From: Candidatus Latescibacterota bacterium
GTDB taxonomy: Bacteria > Latescibacterota > UBA2968
Assembly (NCBI GenBank): GCA_965207885.1
Contig: OZ242311.1
Span: forward strand, 5,504,001 to 5,568,000
Reading direction: 5' to 3'
DNA length: 64,000 bases
Shown: positions 37,943-48,593 of the stretch, piece by piece
Position numbering within the stretch: position 1 is the stretch's first letter
How the letters are laid out: the number at the start of each line of letters is the position of its first letter
Program-made: the position numbers and the translations under genes
The notes under the pieces: model-generated
Database searches by the model: none
Seen by the model: only the letters and a program-made list of their open reading frames with translations
What the model was told of the DNA's origin: nothing

Positions 37943-40801
37943 ATGCGTGCATTGTGTGTCATCTGTCTCATAATGTGGAGTACATGCCCCGTCGTAGCTC
38001 AGGATATGGGCAGCTTGACGGGCAAAGTGGAAGATGAGACGGGAGAAGCATTATTCGCGGCCAATGTCGTAGTCAAAGGACCGGCTATTGAAGGCATAAG
38101 GGGCGTAATCACCGATGAACAAGGTAGCTATCGCATCGACCGCTTGCCGCCGGGCATGTACGAAATCACCATCAGTTATATCGGCTATGAAACCACAGTT
38201 GTATCCGGCGTAGAAATCCGCGCTGGCGAAAGTACAACGCGAAATTTCGAGTTGACCGCTGTAGCCCTCATTGGTCAACAAGTGGTCGTGTCAGCATCGC
38301 GCAAACAGGAAAAAGCCCTGGACGCGCCCGCTTCAATAGCAACGATCGATGCAGCCGAAATCAGAGATCGGGGCGTATTGTCGCCGACTGAGCATATCAA
38401 AGCCCTTCCCGGCGTTGACTTTTCCAAAACGGGCATCTCACAAAGCAACGTGGTCGTTCGCGGATTCAACAATGTATTTTCTGGCGCACTGCTCACACTC
38501 GTTGACAACCGCATTGCCCGCGTCCCTTCCCTGCGTTTCAATGCCTTTGATATGATCCCCGTTACCGGTGAAGACATTGAGCGTATTGAAGTGGTATTAG
38601 GACCCGGATCGGCGCTTTACGGGCCCAACACCTCCAGTGGCGTCATGCACATTATCACCCGCTCGCCATTTGGATCGGAAGGCAATACAATTTCCATATC
38701 TGGCGGGCAGCGCAGTGTGCGAAAAATATCACTGCGGCACGCCAGCAGCCTCAACGACAAAATCGGGATCAAAATTTCGGTTGGGCAAAGTTCAGCCCAT
38801 GACTGGGAGTACATCGATCCCCTGGAAGTGGAATCGCGCGGTTTTAATCCACGCGATTACAACTCAAAAAAGACAATAGGAGAACTCAGGCTTGATTTTC
38901 GACCAACAGATGACCTGACAATCATAGGATCAACGGGTTATGCAAAAACAAGCGGTATTGAACTAACTGGTTTGGGCGCGGGCCAGGCAAAAGACTGGAC
39001 CTATAATTTTTATCAAGGACGCCTGCTCTATCGCGAGTGGTTTGCACAGGTCTTCTTCAACGCCAGTGATGCAGGTCAGACGAGAATGATCGCACCTAAC
39101 GATCCAATTGTAGATAATTCACATCTGATGGTCATGCAATTGCAACACAGTGCCAATTTGGGAGAAAAACAACACTTTGCTTATGGTGCTGATGTACTGC
39201 GAACCCGACCCAAGACAGGGGGCACAATAAATGGCATGCATGAAGACATTGATAACATCGATGAATACGGGGTCTATTTGCAAAGTGAAACCAGCCTGAG
39301 CGATCAAATCGAGCTGGTATTGGCCGGGCGCATAGACAAGCACAGCCATGTTGAAGATCCATTTTTCTCACCCCGCGCGGCACTCGTCATTAAACCCAGA
39401 CCGCTCAACACCCTGCGATTGACGTATAACCGCGCATTTAGCACGCCTTCGACCACCAACTTATTTTTGGACCGGATCGGCCTCCCCGATCCCTTTGGGT
39501 TCGGGGCATTGCAATCGTCATTGGGATTTAGTCCAGCAATTGACGTTCGCGCACAGGGCACTGCCGGTACCGGATTCACATTTCGCAGAGACGACAATGG
39601 CCTACCCATGTATCGAACGCCCTTTGCACCCATAGCGGGCTTGTCAAAAGATCACTACTTCTCGCTGCACAGTCCCCAGGGGACCAATTTGATGTGGGGC
39701 GCTGCCAGATCAATAATAATGAGTATCCTTTTGGCGGAACTGGAACCTCTCGCAACAGGGCTTTTCGTCGAGCGGCTTGGGCTACCACAAGATCAAGCGG
39801 CTGCGGTAGCCGCACAACTGGTCGGAGACTTTCCCGGGATTATACCAGAACAACTGCCAGGCTTGCAAAATACGGCCGGCACACTGAATACGGCAACGGC
39901 GAGTTTTGATCCCGAGCCCAGCCTCGCCAATGCAGTGGCAGACATAAACAAAATCGAATCGACCATCTCAGAAACCTTTGAAGTGGGATACAAAGGCGTC
40001 ATCAATAACAAACTCATTCTCGCAGCCGATGCCTACCTGAGCAGAAAAAAAAATTTCACCAGCCCGTTGCGGATTGTAACACCCAGTGTATTTCTCGCAG
40101 CCGGTCCCATGAGCGAAGCTCTCACAAACGGCATCACCGAGAACTTAAAAGACCCCGCCAATGCAAGTCTCGCAATTGCCATCGGACTTTTGGATCAGCT
40201 CAACCTGCCGGATCTGGGCCTAATTGGCAATGGCAATGGCACAGGCATAGATGAATTGACGCAATTATTTGTATCCAACGCCGCGGGGATTCCCTTTGGC
40301 ACCATGTCTGCCGAACAGGCATCAGACCCCACTGCGGTAATGGTCGCATATCGCAATTTTGGTCGCATAACACTCTACGGTGCCGACCTATCGTTTGCGT
40401 ATTATCCAAACGAAATATGGACTTTTACCGGCAATTACTCCTATGTCAGCGATGATTGGTTCCCCAATTTAGACAACATCGGCGACATTGCTCTCAATGC
40501 CCCCAAACACAAATTTAACATCGGAATTGATTGTCAACTGCCCAATATGCCACTCACCATCCGCGGGAAATTGAGCTATCGCGGGGGTTTCCCCATGCAA
40601 TCCGGTGTATATGTCGGCGATGTAGCTGCCTATACTGTTTTGGACCTGAATGCCGCATATCAGTTGCCACTCTCAAATGATCAATTCAAGATCACCTGGA
40701 ATGTGGAAGCCAGCAACGTGTTAAACCAGGAATATCGATCATTTATCGGTGCACCATTTATTGGACGCCTAATCTTAACCGGCCTGAATATTCGGTTCTA
40801 A
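37943..40801 (+). CDS. TonB-dependent receptor, paralog A
   Basis: Carboxypeptidase-regulatory-like N domain, VVVSASR, IERIEVVLGPGSALYG, C-terminal Phe. Confidence 0.9.
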   Translation: MRALCVICLIMWSTCPVVAQDMGSLTGKVEDETGEALFAANVVVKGPAIEGIRGVITDEQGSYRIDRLPPGMYEITISYIGYETTVVSGVEIRAGESTTRNFELTAVALIGQQVVVSASRKQEKALDAPASIATIDAAEIRDRGVLSPTEHIKALPGVDFSKTGISQSNVVVRGFNNVFSGALLTLVDNRIARVPSLRFNAFDMIPVTGEDIERIEVVLGPGSALYGPNTSSGVMHIITRSPFGSEGNTISISGGQRSVRKISLRHASSLNDKIGIKISVGQSSAHDWEYIDPLEVESRGFNPRDYNSKKTIGELRLDFRPTDDLTIIGSTGYAKTSGIELTGLGAGQAKDWTYNFYQGRLLYREWFAQVFFNASDAGQTRMIAPNDPIVDNSHLMVMQLQHSANLGEKQHFAYGADVLRTRPKTGGTINGMHEDIDNIDEYGVYLQSETSLSDQIELVLAGRIDKHSHVEDPFFSPRAALVIKPRPLNTLRLTYNRAFSTPSTTNLFLDRIGLPDPFGFGALQSSLGFSPAIDVRAQGTAGTGFTFRRDDNGLPMYRTPFAPIAGLSKDHYFSLHSPQGTNLMWGAARSIIMSILLAELEPLATGLFVERLGLPQDQAAAVAAQLVGDFPGIIPEQLPGLQNTAGTLNTATASFDPEPSLANAVADINKIESTISETFEVGYKGVINNKLILAADAYLSRKKNFTSPLRIVTPSVFLAAGPMSEALTNGITENLKDPANASLAIAIGLLDQLNLPDLGLIGNGNGTGIDELTQLFVSNAAGIPFGTMSAEQASDPTAVMVAYRNFGRITLYGADLSFAYYPNEIWTFTGNYSYVSDDWFPNLDNIGDIALNAPKHKFNIGIDCQLPNMPLTIRGKLSYRGGFPMQSGVYVGDVAAYTVLDLNAAYQLPLSNDQFKITWNVEASNVLNQEYRSFIGAPFIGRLILTGLNIRF

Positions 40802-40855
40802 AGCAATCTCTCTCCCATATAGAAAAATTCGGACCATTGCGGTAAGGAGAGTGTA

Positions 40856-43717
40856 ATGCGCATACTGTATATCCTTACTTTCGTACTGTGGAATGCTTAC
40901 TCGGTCGTAGCTCAGGATATGGGCAGCTTGACGGGCAAAGTGGAAACCGAGGACGGAGAAGCATTATTCGCGGCCAATATCGTAGTCAAAGGACCGGCCA
41001 TTAAAGGCACCCGGGGTACAATCACCAACGAACGAGGTAGCTATCGCATCGACAACTTGCCGCCGGGTACTTACGAAATCACCATCAGTTATATCGGATA
41101 TGAAACCATCGTCGCAACCGGCGTAGAAATCCGCCCCGGTGAAAGTATAACGCGAAATTTCAAGTTGACCGCTGTAGCCCTCATTGGTCAGCAAGTCGTC
41201 GTCTCGGCATCCCGCAAACAGGAGAAAGCCCTGGACGCGCCTGCCTCAATTGCAACAGTCGATGCCTCTGAAATCAGAAATCGAGAAGTCTTGACAATGA
41301 GTGAATATGTCAAGACTCTGCCCGGTGTTGACTATGCTCAAACGGGCATATCGCAAGGCAGCATGGTCGTTCGCGGATTCAACAAGGTATTTTCTGGCGC
41401 ATTGCTCACACTCGTTGACAACCGCATTGCCCGCATCCCTTCCCTGCGCCTCAATGCTTATGATTTAATCCCCCTTACCAGTGACGACATTGAGCGCATC
41501 GAAATCGTTCTGGGACCCGGATCCGCACTTTACGGTCCCAACAGTGCCAATGGCGTGATGCACATTATCACCCGCTCGCCATTTGGATCGGAAGGCAATA
41601 CAATTTCCATATCTGGCGGCCAGCGCAGTGTGAGAAAACTATCGCTGCGACACGCCAGCAGCCTCAACAACAAGATCGGGATCAAAGTTTCAGGTGGATA
41701 TGTTGCAACCCACGACTGGGAATATGTCGATCCTCTGGAAGTGGAAGCACGCGGTTTTAATCCACGCGATTACAGCACAGAAAGGACAAGTGGGGAGTTC
41801 AGGCTCGACTTTCGACCAACAGATGACCTGACACTGATAGGGTCGGTGGGCTATTCAAAAATGAGCGGTCTTCAACAGACGGATTTGGGTGCAGGCCAGG
41901 CGAAAGACTGGACCTATAGTTTTTATCAAGGCCGCCTGCTCTATCGCGGGTGGTTCGCACAAATCTTCTACAACACCAGCGATGCTGGTGACACGGAACT
42001 GATCACAGCCGGCGACCCAATTGTAGATAACTCGCATTTGATGGTCTTGCAACTGCAACACAATGCCAGCCTGGGGCAGAAACAACACTTTGCTTATGGT
42101 GCCGATGTATTGCTCACCCGGCCCAAAACACAGGGCACAGTACACGGCATGCATGAAGACGATGACGATATCGATGAATACGGGATCTACCTACAAAGCG
42201 AAACCAACCTGAGCGACCAGATCGATCTGATAGTGGCCGGGCGCATCGACAAACACAGTCTTATCGAAGACCTGTCTTTCTCACCCCGCGCAGCACTCGT
42301 CATCAAACCCGCGCAGGACAACGCCCTAAGACTGACATATAACCGCGCATTTAGCACGCCCTCAACCCCCACCTTATTTGTAGATCGAGTCGGCGTCCCC
42401 GACATCTTTATGCTCGGCACGAGTTTCAGCCCGGTATTGGGATTTAGTCCAGCAATTGACCTTCGCGCACAAGGCACTGCCGCTACCGGATTTACATTTC
42501 GCAGAGACAAAAATGGGCTACCCATGTTTCGGACGCCCTTTGCGCCCATAGCGGGCTTGTCAAAAGATCACTACTTCTCTCTTCACGACCCCCAAGGCAC
42601 CAATTTGATGTGGGGCGCTGCCAGAGGAGTAATACTGGATGGCCTATTGGCACAATTTGAACCTCTGGCAATAGAGATTCTCGCAGACGGGCTTGGGCTA
42701 TCACCAGATCAGGCTACTGCAATGATCGAACAACTCGTCGGGATATTTCCCGGAGTTATTCCAGAACAACTGCCGGGCTTGCAAAATACGGCTGCGATAT
42801 TGAATACGGAAACTCAGGGATTCGATCCCATACCCGACCTCGCCAATGCGGTGACAGACATAAGCAAAATCGGATCAACCACCACAGAAACCTTTGAAGT
42901 GGGATACAAAGGCATCGTCAAAAACAAACTCATTCTGGCAGCCGATGTCTATCAAACCAGAATCAAAAATTTTGTCAGCCCATTGCGGATTGAAACGCCC
43001 AACGTATTTCTCGCACCCGGTCCCTTAAGCGAGGCTCTAACAGACGCGATTACCGAAAACTTGAAAGACCCCGCCAATGCAAGCCTTGCACTCGTCCTCA
43101 TTTTTTTAGATCATCTCAACGAACCAGAATTCGGGTTGGTTGGCAATGGCAATGGGACAGGCATAGATGAATTGACGCAGTTATTTGTATCCAACGCCGC
43201 GCTGATCCCCTTTGGCACCATAGCACCCGAACAGGCAGCAGACCCCACCGCAGTAATAGTCACACCTCGCAATTTTGGCCGCATAACACTCTATGGTGCT
43301 GACCTATCATTTGCGTATTACCCAAACGAAATATTGGCTTTTACCGGCAATTATTCCTATGTCAGCAAAGACTTATTCCCCAATTTAGACAACATCGGCG
43401 ACATAGCCCTCAATGCGCCCAAGCACAAATTTAACATCGGTATCGATTGTCAATTGCCCAATACACCGCTCACTATTAGTGGAAAATTGCGCTATCGCGG
43501 TGGTTTCCCCATGCAATCGGGTATATATGTCGGCAAGGTAGATTCTCATACTGTTCTGGATTTGAATTTGACCTATCAGTTGCCACTTTCAAATGACCGC
43601 TTCACGACCTCCTTAAATTTGAATGCCAGCAATGTGCTAAATCAAGAATACCGATCATTTGTCGGTTCGCCGTGGATTGGGCGCCTGATTACAAGCAGCT
43701 TACACGTTCGGTTCTAA
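40856..43717 (+). CDS. TonB-dependent receptor, paralog B
   Basis: Colinear tandem paralog of A with the same motifs. Confidence 0.9.
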   Translation: MRILYILTFVLWNAYSVVAQDMGSLTGKVETEDGEALFAANIVVKGPAIKGTRGTITNERGSYRIDNLPPGTYEITISYIGYETIVATGVEIRPGESITRNFKLTAVALIGQQVVVSASRKQEKALDAPASIATVDASEIRNREVLTMSEYVKTLPGVDYAQTGISQGSMVVRGFNKVFSGALLTLVDNRIARIPSLRLNAYDLIPLTSDDIERIEIVLGPGSALYGPNSANGVMHIITRSPFGSEGNTISISGGQRSVRKLSLRHASSLNNKIGIKVSGGYVATHDWEYVDPLEVEARGFNPRDYSTERTSGEFRLDFRPTDDLTLIGSVGYSKMSGLQQTDLGAGQAKDWTYSFYQGRLLYRGWFAQIFYNTSDAGDTELITAGDPIVDNSHLMVLQLQHNASLGQKQHFAYGADVLLTRPKTQGTVHGMHEDDDDIDEYGIYLQSETNLSDQIDLIVAGRIDKHSLIEDLSFSPRAALVIKPAQDNALRLTYNRAFSTPSTPTLFVDRVGVPDIFMLGTSFSPVLGFSPAIDLRAQGTAATGFTFRRDKNGLPMFRTPFAPIAGLSKDHYFSLHDPQGTNLMWGAARGVILDGLLAQFEPLAIEILADGLGLSPDQATAMIEQLVGIFPGVIPEQLPGLQNTAAILNTETQGFDPIPDLANAVTDISKIGSTTTETFEVGYKGIVKNKLILAADVYQTRIKNFVSPLRIETPNVFLAPGPLSEALTDAITENLKDPANASLALVLIFLDHLNEPEFGLVGNGNGTGIDELTQLFVSNAALIPFGTIAPEQAADPTAVIVTPRNFGRITLYGADLSFAYYPNEILAFTGNYSYVSKDLFPNLDNIGDIALNAPKHKFNIGIDCQLPNTPLTISGKLRYRGGFPMQSGIYVGKVDSHTVLDLNLTYQLPLSNDRFTTSLNLNASNVLNQEYRSFVGSPWIGRLITSSLHVRF

Positions 43718-43741
43718 TACTTGTCCTCTTTTTATCTTTAC

Positions 43742-43776
43742 AAAAAAATCCGAATCGCAATGATTCGGATTTTTTT
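43742..43776. terminator. Bidirectional intrinsic terminator
   Basis: AAAAAAATCCGAATC-GCAAT-GATTCGGATTTTTTT. Confidence 0.85.
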
Positions 43777-43788
43777 ATTCTCAGCGAT

Positions 43789-44979
43789 CTACCCAAGCGG
43801 CTGATACGGCCGAGATTCTGGATCGCGTTCGGGAAGCCCCAAACTATCCCAAAAAATTGTGTGTTCAAATGGCGTGAGGCGAAAATCTGGAATGGGAACT
43901 GGCGCACCGCCCAACTCAGCGGATTTATTTGCCAAAATCCCCGGCAAGCAGTACTCAATGGCGCGATACACATCAATCGGCGCTGGCTTGCCAGCGAGAA
44001 TAGACTGTGTAAAATGTCGGGCGAGTTTTAAGTCCGCGCCACCGTGCCCTGCAGAAGTATCATCGCCATGTGCGCCAAGACCAACAGGTAAAACCTCCCA
44101 ACCACTGCGATGATCTGCCCCTCGGGAAAAACGACGAGCGTGTTTTTCATAGCTAAACCATTCGGCACCGCCCTCAACGCCAAAAATGCGATATCGGTGT
44201 TCAGAAGGTCGAGCCGTATTCAGCGTAACCATAATTTTAATAAGCGCACCCTTCGCTGTTTCGAACACCGCGATCTGGCCGTCGGAACGCAGAGGCGCGT
44301 CGGCACTTCGGAATGGCGCGCTGCGGCAAGAGACAGAAACACAGCGGTCGTCAATCACTTCGAGCAATGGCCCCAGGTCATGCGTCAGGTATTGAATAGG
44401 CGGTTGATCGGCACGCCAGATCGGCATTGTATCCGCATACCCGGCTGCCCGCGCTCGAGTCGGCGTATGACGCGAACTATCCGGACGAAAAAGCGTAGCC
44501 GGCAAATGGTGAATATATTCGCCTTCGGCAATGGAAATGGGACCAAAGCGATCTTCGGCAACCCATTTACGGAAATAGCGGAAAAAATCCCAATAACAGG
44601 TATTTTCTCCCAACATATAAGTTTTGCCTGTGTACTCAACGGTCTGCCGCAAATTCATACACTCTTCCTGCGTATAAGCCCCCGGCACTTCCGAAAGCAC
44701 ATGACACCCCGCGCGCATCGCCTCACATCCGTGTTCCACCTGTAATTTCCCATTCGTCGCAATCACAACAGCATCGGGCTTGAGATCGAGCAAATCGTCA
44801 AACTCGGGCAAGATTGGAGCCGATGCACCAACCGATGCTATATGTTGCTCGGCGCGTTCTCTCAAGCGAGGAAAGCGGTCGCAAGCACCGATAACCTCTG
44901 CCTCTTCCAGCGCGAGGAAATTTCTAAAATGCGTAAAACCGCGACCGAGACCCAGAATACCGACTTTGAGCTTATCCAT
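43789..44979 (-). CDS. Gfo/Idh/MocA-family oxidoreductase
   Basis: KVGILGLGRG, DAVVIAT, HVLSEVP, GHGGAD. Confidence 0.85.
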   Translation of the reverse strand: MDKLKVGILGLGRGFTHFRNFLALEEAEVIGACDRFPRLRERAEQHIASVGASAPILPEFDDLLDLKPDAVVIATNGKLQVEHGCEAMRAGCHVLSEVPGAYTQEECMNLRQTVEYTGKTYMLGENTCYWDFFRYFRKWVAEDRFGPISIAEGEYIHHLPATLFRPDSSRHTPTRARAAGYADTMPIWRADQPPIQYLTHDLGPLLEVIDDRCVSVSCRSAPFRSADAPLRSDGQIAVFETAKGALIKIMVTLNTARPSEHRYRIFGVEGGAEWFSYEKHARRFSRGADHRSGWEVLPVGLGAHGDDTSAGHGGADLKLARHFTQSILAGKPAPIDVYRAIEYCLPGILANKSAELGGAPVPIPDFRLTPFEHTIFWDSLGLPERDPESRPYQPLG

Positions 44980-44994
44980 AATAAAAACCCCCAA

Positions 44995-46680
44995 TCAAAC
45001 AGACACAATGCGGATATCAACCTCAAATGCGCTGACGGGATAATTTATACCCCAGATTTCGAGAACGCCGGGATGAATCTCACCAATAAGCCCGTAAACG
45101 CGCTCGTCTATACAGATCTCGCCACTGCGACCAGGCAAAAATGTGGGATGCTCAATCGGCGCAATCGCGTATTCAAAATCAAAATAATAGGACAACACCT
45201 CCAGATAGCTCTGAACACCGGACAAATTGGCTTCGTCACTCGCTTCGAGCGCGCAAAGATGAATATCTGTGCGCGTACCGTAATCTTCCCCCGGAGCGAG
45301 AACCCCCACCTCACCCACTTCAAAAATTCGATGCGGGTACAGCGCGCGGCGACTTGTGGCTTCGGTCTTGAGCAAACCGGGCAACAACGACCCTCGAATC
45401 GCGCTGTAATTTTCGGACATAGGATTTGAAATCGAAATAATCTGTGCATCTGGATTATTCATATCCACCGTCTGTTCTTTTTGAGAACAGAGAATCGGCA
45501 AAAAGACCTCTTGAAATCCACACCCAACCATGAGATTGCGAAATCGATCTGCAAGATCCTCTTCTGGCGCGGCTTTGCCAACCGTAAAATCCCGGGGCAT
45601 CTCGGGTTCAAAAGCCTCGTACCCCACGCCGATCACAACATCTTCCACAACATCCACGGGATGTAAAATATCGTCGCGATAAGGTGCTGGACGCACGTTA
45701 ATACTCCGCTCTCCTAAATCAACATCTCGGTAACCCATCGCGTTGAGCGCAGTCTGAATCTGCCCCATCGAAACAGGTGACCCAACCACTTTGTAAATCT
45801 CATCTACATCGACCTCTAACGACTCGGTCAGATCATAGGGACACGTCACAACCTGCCCCCTCGACGTGTGATATGGATAGCGCACAGTCACGGGATAAAT
45901 GCGGGCACCCCGGTCAGCCATATTAACCGCCATAATCGCCATAGACAAAAGAATAGCGTCGAGTTCAGGTCCCGTCGCCTCGCAAAACAAAAACGCATCC
46001 CCCACTTCAACGCGCCCCAGACTCTGGCTATTAATCACAGGCGGCATGGACAGAACCTCGCCGCGCGAATCGCGGATCAGGGGAAACTTATCCTTCCCCT
46101 CGAGAAGATGTGCATACGTTCTGCCCGTGGGATGATCGGACAAAATTCGTCGCAAAGACATCTCAGACTCAGACTCCAGAGGAACAAAAGCCGTCGCATC
46201 GGGATCAACCGCATCGTATCGCACGGGATACACAATATCGGACGCATCGTAAATCCCGATCGCAACAACACTGCGACCGCGCCCATACCCATCGGCGAGT
46301 TTTTCCTGTGCCTCGATAAGCGCGTCCAGCGCCGCTTCGTCAATCGCAATACCACCACATGCAAAAGCGGCAATATAGGGACGAACATTTTGCAACGCGG
46401 GATCGACAATAACCTCCCGTTCCTCCGATACACCAGACGCATTGAAAAAAGAATACTCAGGCTGAACATTCTCCCGATGGCTTTTGAGCAACCGCGCAAG
46501 CCCCTCTGCCGACCACAAATCGGGGCGATTGGTATCCTTGAGTTGAATGCGAAGCGTATCGCCCTCTTCAGCATCAATCTCGGCCTTCGCCGTTTCAAGC
46601 GCAGCACTCAGACTCTCCGACGAATAAGCCTGCCCTGCGAGACGTTCAAAATCGGGTTTATTGACAGTAATTGTTGGCAT
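44995..46680 (-). CDS. pheT: Phenylalanyl-tRNA synthetase beta subunit, archaeal/eukaryote type
   Basis: 561 aa; MPTITV, NRPDLWS.EG, SMPPVINS, YRDDILHPVDVVEDV; lacks bacterial B2 and B8 domains. Confidence 0.9.
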   Translation of the reverse strand: MPTITVNKPDFERLAGQAYSSESLSAALETAKAEIDAEEGDTLRIQLKDTNRPDLWSAEGLARLLKSHRENVQPEYSFFNASGVSEEREVIVDPALQNVRPYIAAFACGGIAIDEAALDALIEAQEKLADGYGRGRSVVAIGIYDASDIVYPVRYDAVDPDATAFVPLESESEMSLRRILSDHPTGRTYAHLLEGKDKFPLIRDSRGEVLSMPPVINSQSLGRVEVGDAFLFCEATGPELDAILLSMAIMAVNMADRGARIYPVTVRYPYHTSRGQVVTCPYDLTESLEVDVDEIYKVVGSPVSMGQIQTALNAMGYRDVDLGERSINVRPAPYRDDILHPVDVVEDVVIGVGYEAFEPEMPRDFTVGKAAPEEDLADRFRNLMVGCGFQEVFLPILCSQKEQTVDMNNPDAQIISISNPMSENYSAIRGSLLPGLLKTEATSRRALYPHRIFEVGEVGVLAPGEDYGTRTDIHLCALEASDEANLSGVQSYLEVLSYYFDFEYAIAPIEHPTFLPGRSGEICIDERVYGLIGEIHPGVLEIWGINYPVSAFEVDIRIVSV

Positions 46681-46700
46681 TTTTTATTCCTGATATTTAT

Positions 46701-48242
46701 CTACCGCGTATTCCTGACCAGATCCAAATCCGTACTGAACAAATCGCGTATATCGTTAATACCCAGCGCGACCATCGCCATTCGATCAACTCCCAGACCC
46801 CAGGCAATAACCGGAACATCCACCCCCAGAGGTCGTGTAAGCTCAGGACGAAAAAGACCCGCGCCACCGAGTTCGATCCATCCCAGAACGGGATGCTTCG
46901 CCTGAAGTTCTACCGAAGGCTCGGTAAAAGGAAAATAATCGGGCACATAGCGCACATCTTCGGACTGCGCGATCTCAAGGGCGAACAACTTGAGCAAACC
47001 GAGCAAACTGCGAAAATTTATCTCCTCGCCCAGAACAATACCCTCAGCCTGAAAAAAATCTGCCGCGTGCGTGGCATCGACATCGTCCGGGCGAAAGCAA
47101 CGCGCAAGAGCGAAATATTTACCCGGGATATTCGGCTCTGAAGCCAGCGTACGCCCCGAAAGCGCAGTACCCTGGCTACGCAAAATAAGGCGGCGCGACT
47201 GCTCGGGATTGAACTCATATCGCCACCCGCGCGAACCCGTCTCACCCCCGTTTTGATGCGCCTCGGCAACCCTGGAAAAATGGGGTTCTTCAGCCTCTCG
47301 GGATTTCGTCGGCTCCGTCACATAATACGCATCGTGAATATTGCGCGCCGCGTGGAACTGCGGCATAAAAAGGGCATCCATATTCCAAAACTCGGTCTCG
47401 ACCAGCGAACCCTTCATCTCTTCAAAACCGAGCGCCATCAACCGGCGTCGCACATTATCGAGATACGCCCGATAGGGATGGTGCTTCCCAATAAGCACGC
47501 GCGGCGGCTTAATCGACAAATCATATCGGCGAAAAGACGCACCCTGCCATGTGCCCTTCTGAATCATATCGGGCGTAAGACGAGAAATCTCATCCCCCGT
47601 GAGATTGGCTTTAACAACCTCCACAAGCACGCGCTGCCCTTCATCCGTAAGGCAATAAACCCGCTCCGTGCGCTCGTCCAAGCGAACAGGTGCCTTGCTC
47701 CCCCCGCGTTTGCGGGCATTGGCTTCGATATACTGGACAATATCACCGGGAAAATCATCAATCTCAATTCCGGTATCGGAAAATTTCTCAAACAATTCTG
47801 GCATGAGCCGATCAACAAAAAAAGAAGCGCGCTCTGCATCGACAATAACAACCGCCCCTTTGTCCAGATCGACAACCCCATCCCTTTTCAAACCGCCAAA
47901 TGCACTACCCCAGGCACCTCTGTCAAAACGCTCGTCGGCTTGCAAGTCCTGGATCCCAACGCGCTCTGCGCTCACCCGGGCCAAAAGTGCCGTCTCTGGC
48001 GTCGCGCCCTTTGAGGCAAAATCCCGTCCCACTTCCGTAAGCGAAACAGTCACGCGTGTATTTTCTCCGGTAACTTCCAGCAACTGCTTGGAAATCAGCC
48101 ACTCAACCGCGCGCCGAACCTGTCCCTCGCCGAGATCCGCGCCACTTTGAAGTTGTGCATCGGACTGCTCGGCACTGGCATTGTTTTGATACACACGCAA
48201 AATGCGAATTTCGAGCGCATGTAAAGATGCGAGATCAATCAA
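46701..48242 (-). CDS. pheS: Phenylalanyl-tRNA synthetase alpha subunit, archaeal/eukaryote type (TTG start 48242)
   Basis: About 513 aa with long N-terminal extension; FWNMDALFMPQFH, YFPFTEPS, GGAGLFRPE, INDIRDL; GGAG RBS. Confidence 0.9.
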   Translation of the reverse strand: MIDLASLHALEIRILRVYQNNASAEQSDAQLQSGADLGEGQVRRAVEWLISKQLLEVTGENTRVTVSLTEVGRDFASKGATPETALLARVSAERVGIQDLQADERFDRGAWGSAFGGLKRDGVVDLDKGAVVIVDAERASFFVDRLMPELFEKFSDTGIEIDDFPGDIVQYIEANARKRGGSKAPVRLDERTERVYCLTDEGQRVLVEVVKANLTGDEISRLTPDMIQKGTWQGASFRRYDLSIKPPRVLIGKHHPYRAYLDNVRRRLMALGFEEMKGSLVETEFWNMDALFMPQFHAARNIHDAYYVTEPTKSREAEEPHFSRVAEAHQNGGETGSRGWRYEFNPEQSRRLILRSQGTALSGRTLASEPNIPGKYFALARCFRPDDVDATHAADFFQAEGIVLGEEINFRSLLGLLKLFALEIAQSEDVRYVPDYFPFTEPSVELQAKHPVLGWIELGGAGLFRPELTRPLGVDVPVIAWGLGVDRMAMVALGINDIRDLFSTDLDLVRNTR

Positions 48243-48271
48243 GAGAAACTCCAATGTTAGTATTAGACAAC

Positions 48272-48538
48272 AAAAAAGCCCCTTCGTCATCATAGGGACG
48301 AAAGAGCTTCTCCGCGGTACCACCCTATTTGCGCTAAAAAGCACCACTCAGCGGACGGCCATCACCATCCTGTCCATTATCGGTGGATCCACCGGCTCGG
48401 CTTAATAGGAAACTGTCTTTCCATTCGGCTTTGCAGCTCGGGAGGGAACTTCGCCTGTGCATCCTGCAGATGTGTTCTCAGCCCGGGACACATCCTCTCT
48501 GTCCAGTTGGGAACAGACTACTTTTCTCCGTCATCACC
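48272..48538 (-). ncRNA. T-box riboswitch, Phe (UUC) specifier
   Basis: Stem I GA motif, AGTA, AGAGA box, GCTGA box; GAAG-TTC specifier 48446-48448; T-box AATAGGGTGGTACCGCG 48313-48329 with TTCGTCCCT; terminator 48272-48308. Confidence 0.92.
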
Positions 48539-48548
48539 TTGAAGGCAA

Positions 48549-48577
48549 AACATAGAAATTTGCGCTACAAGTGTCAA
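48549..48577 (-). promoter_or_regulatory. Sigma70-type promoter of T-box-pheST
   Basis: TTGACA-N17-TATGTT just upstream of stem I. Confidence 0.7.
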
Positions 48578-48593
48578 GCCGAAAGTCGCAAAT

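Noticed and set aside
48243-48347. N-terminal extension of PheS in the track
   Set aside because: Overlaps the T-box antiterminator and terminator; RBS supports TTG at 48242. Similar over-extensions were rejected for aspS, ilvB, coxG and the DUF1800 genes
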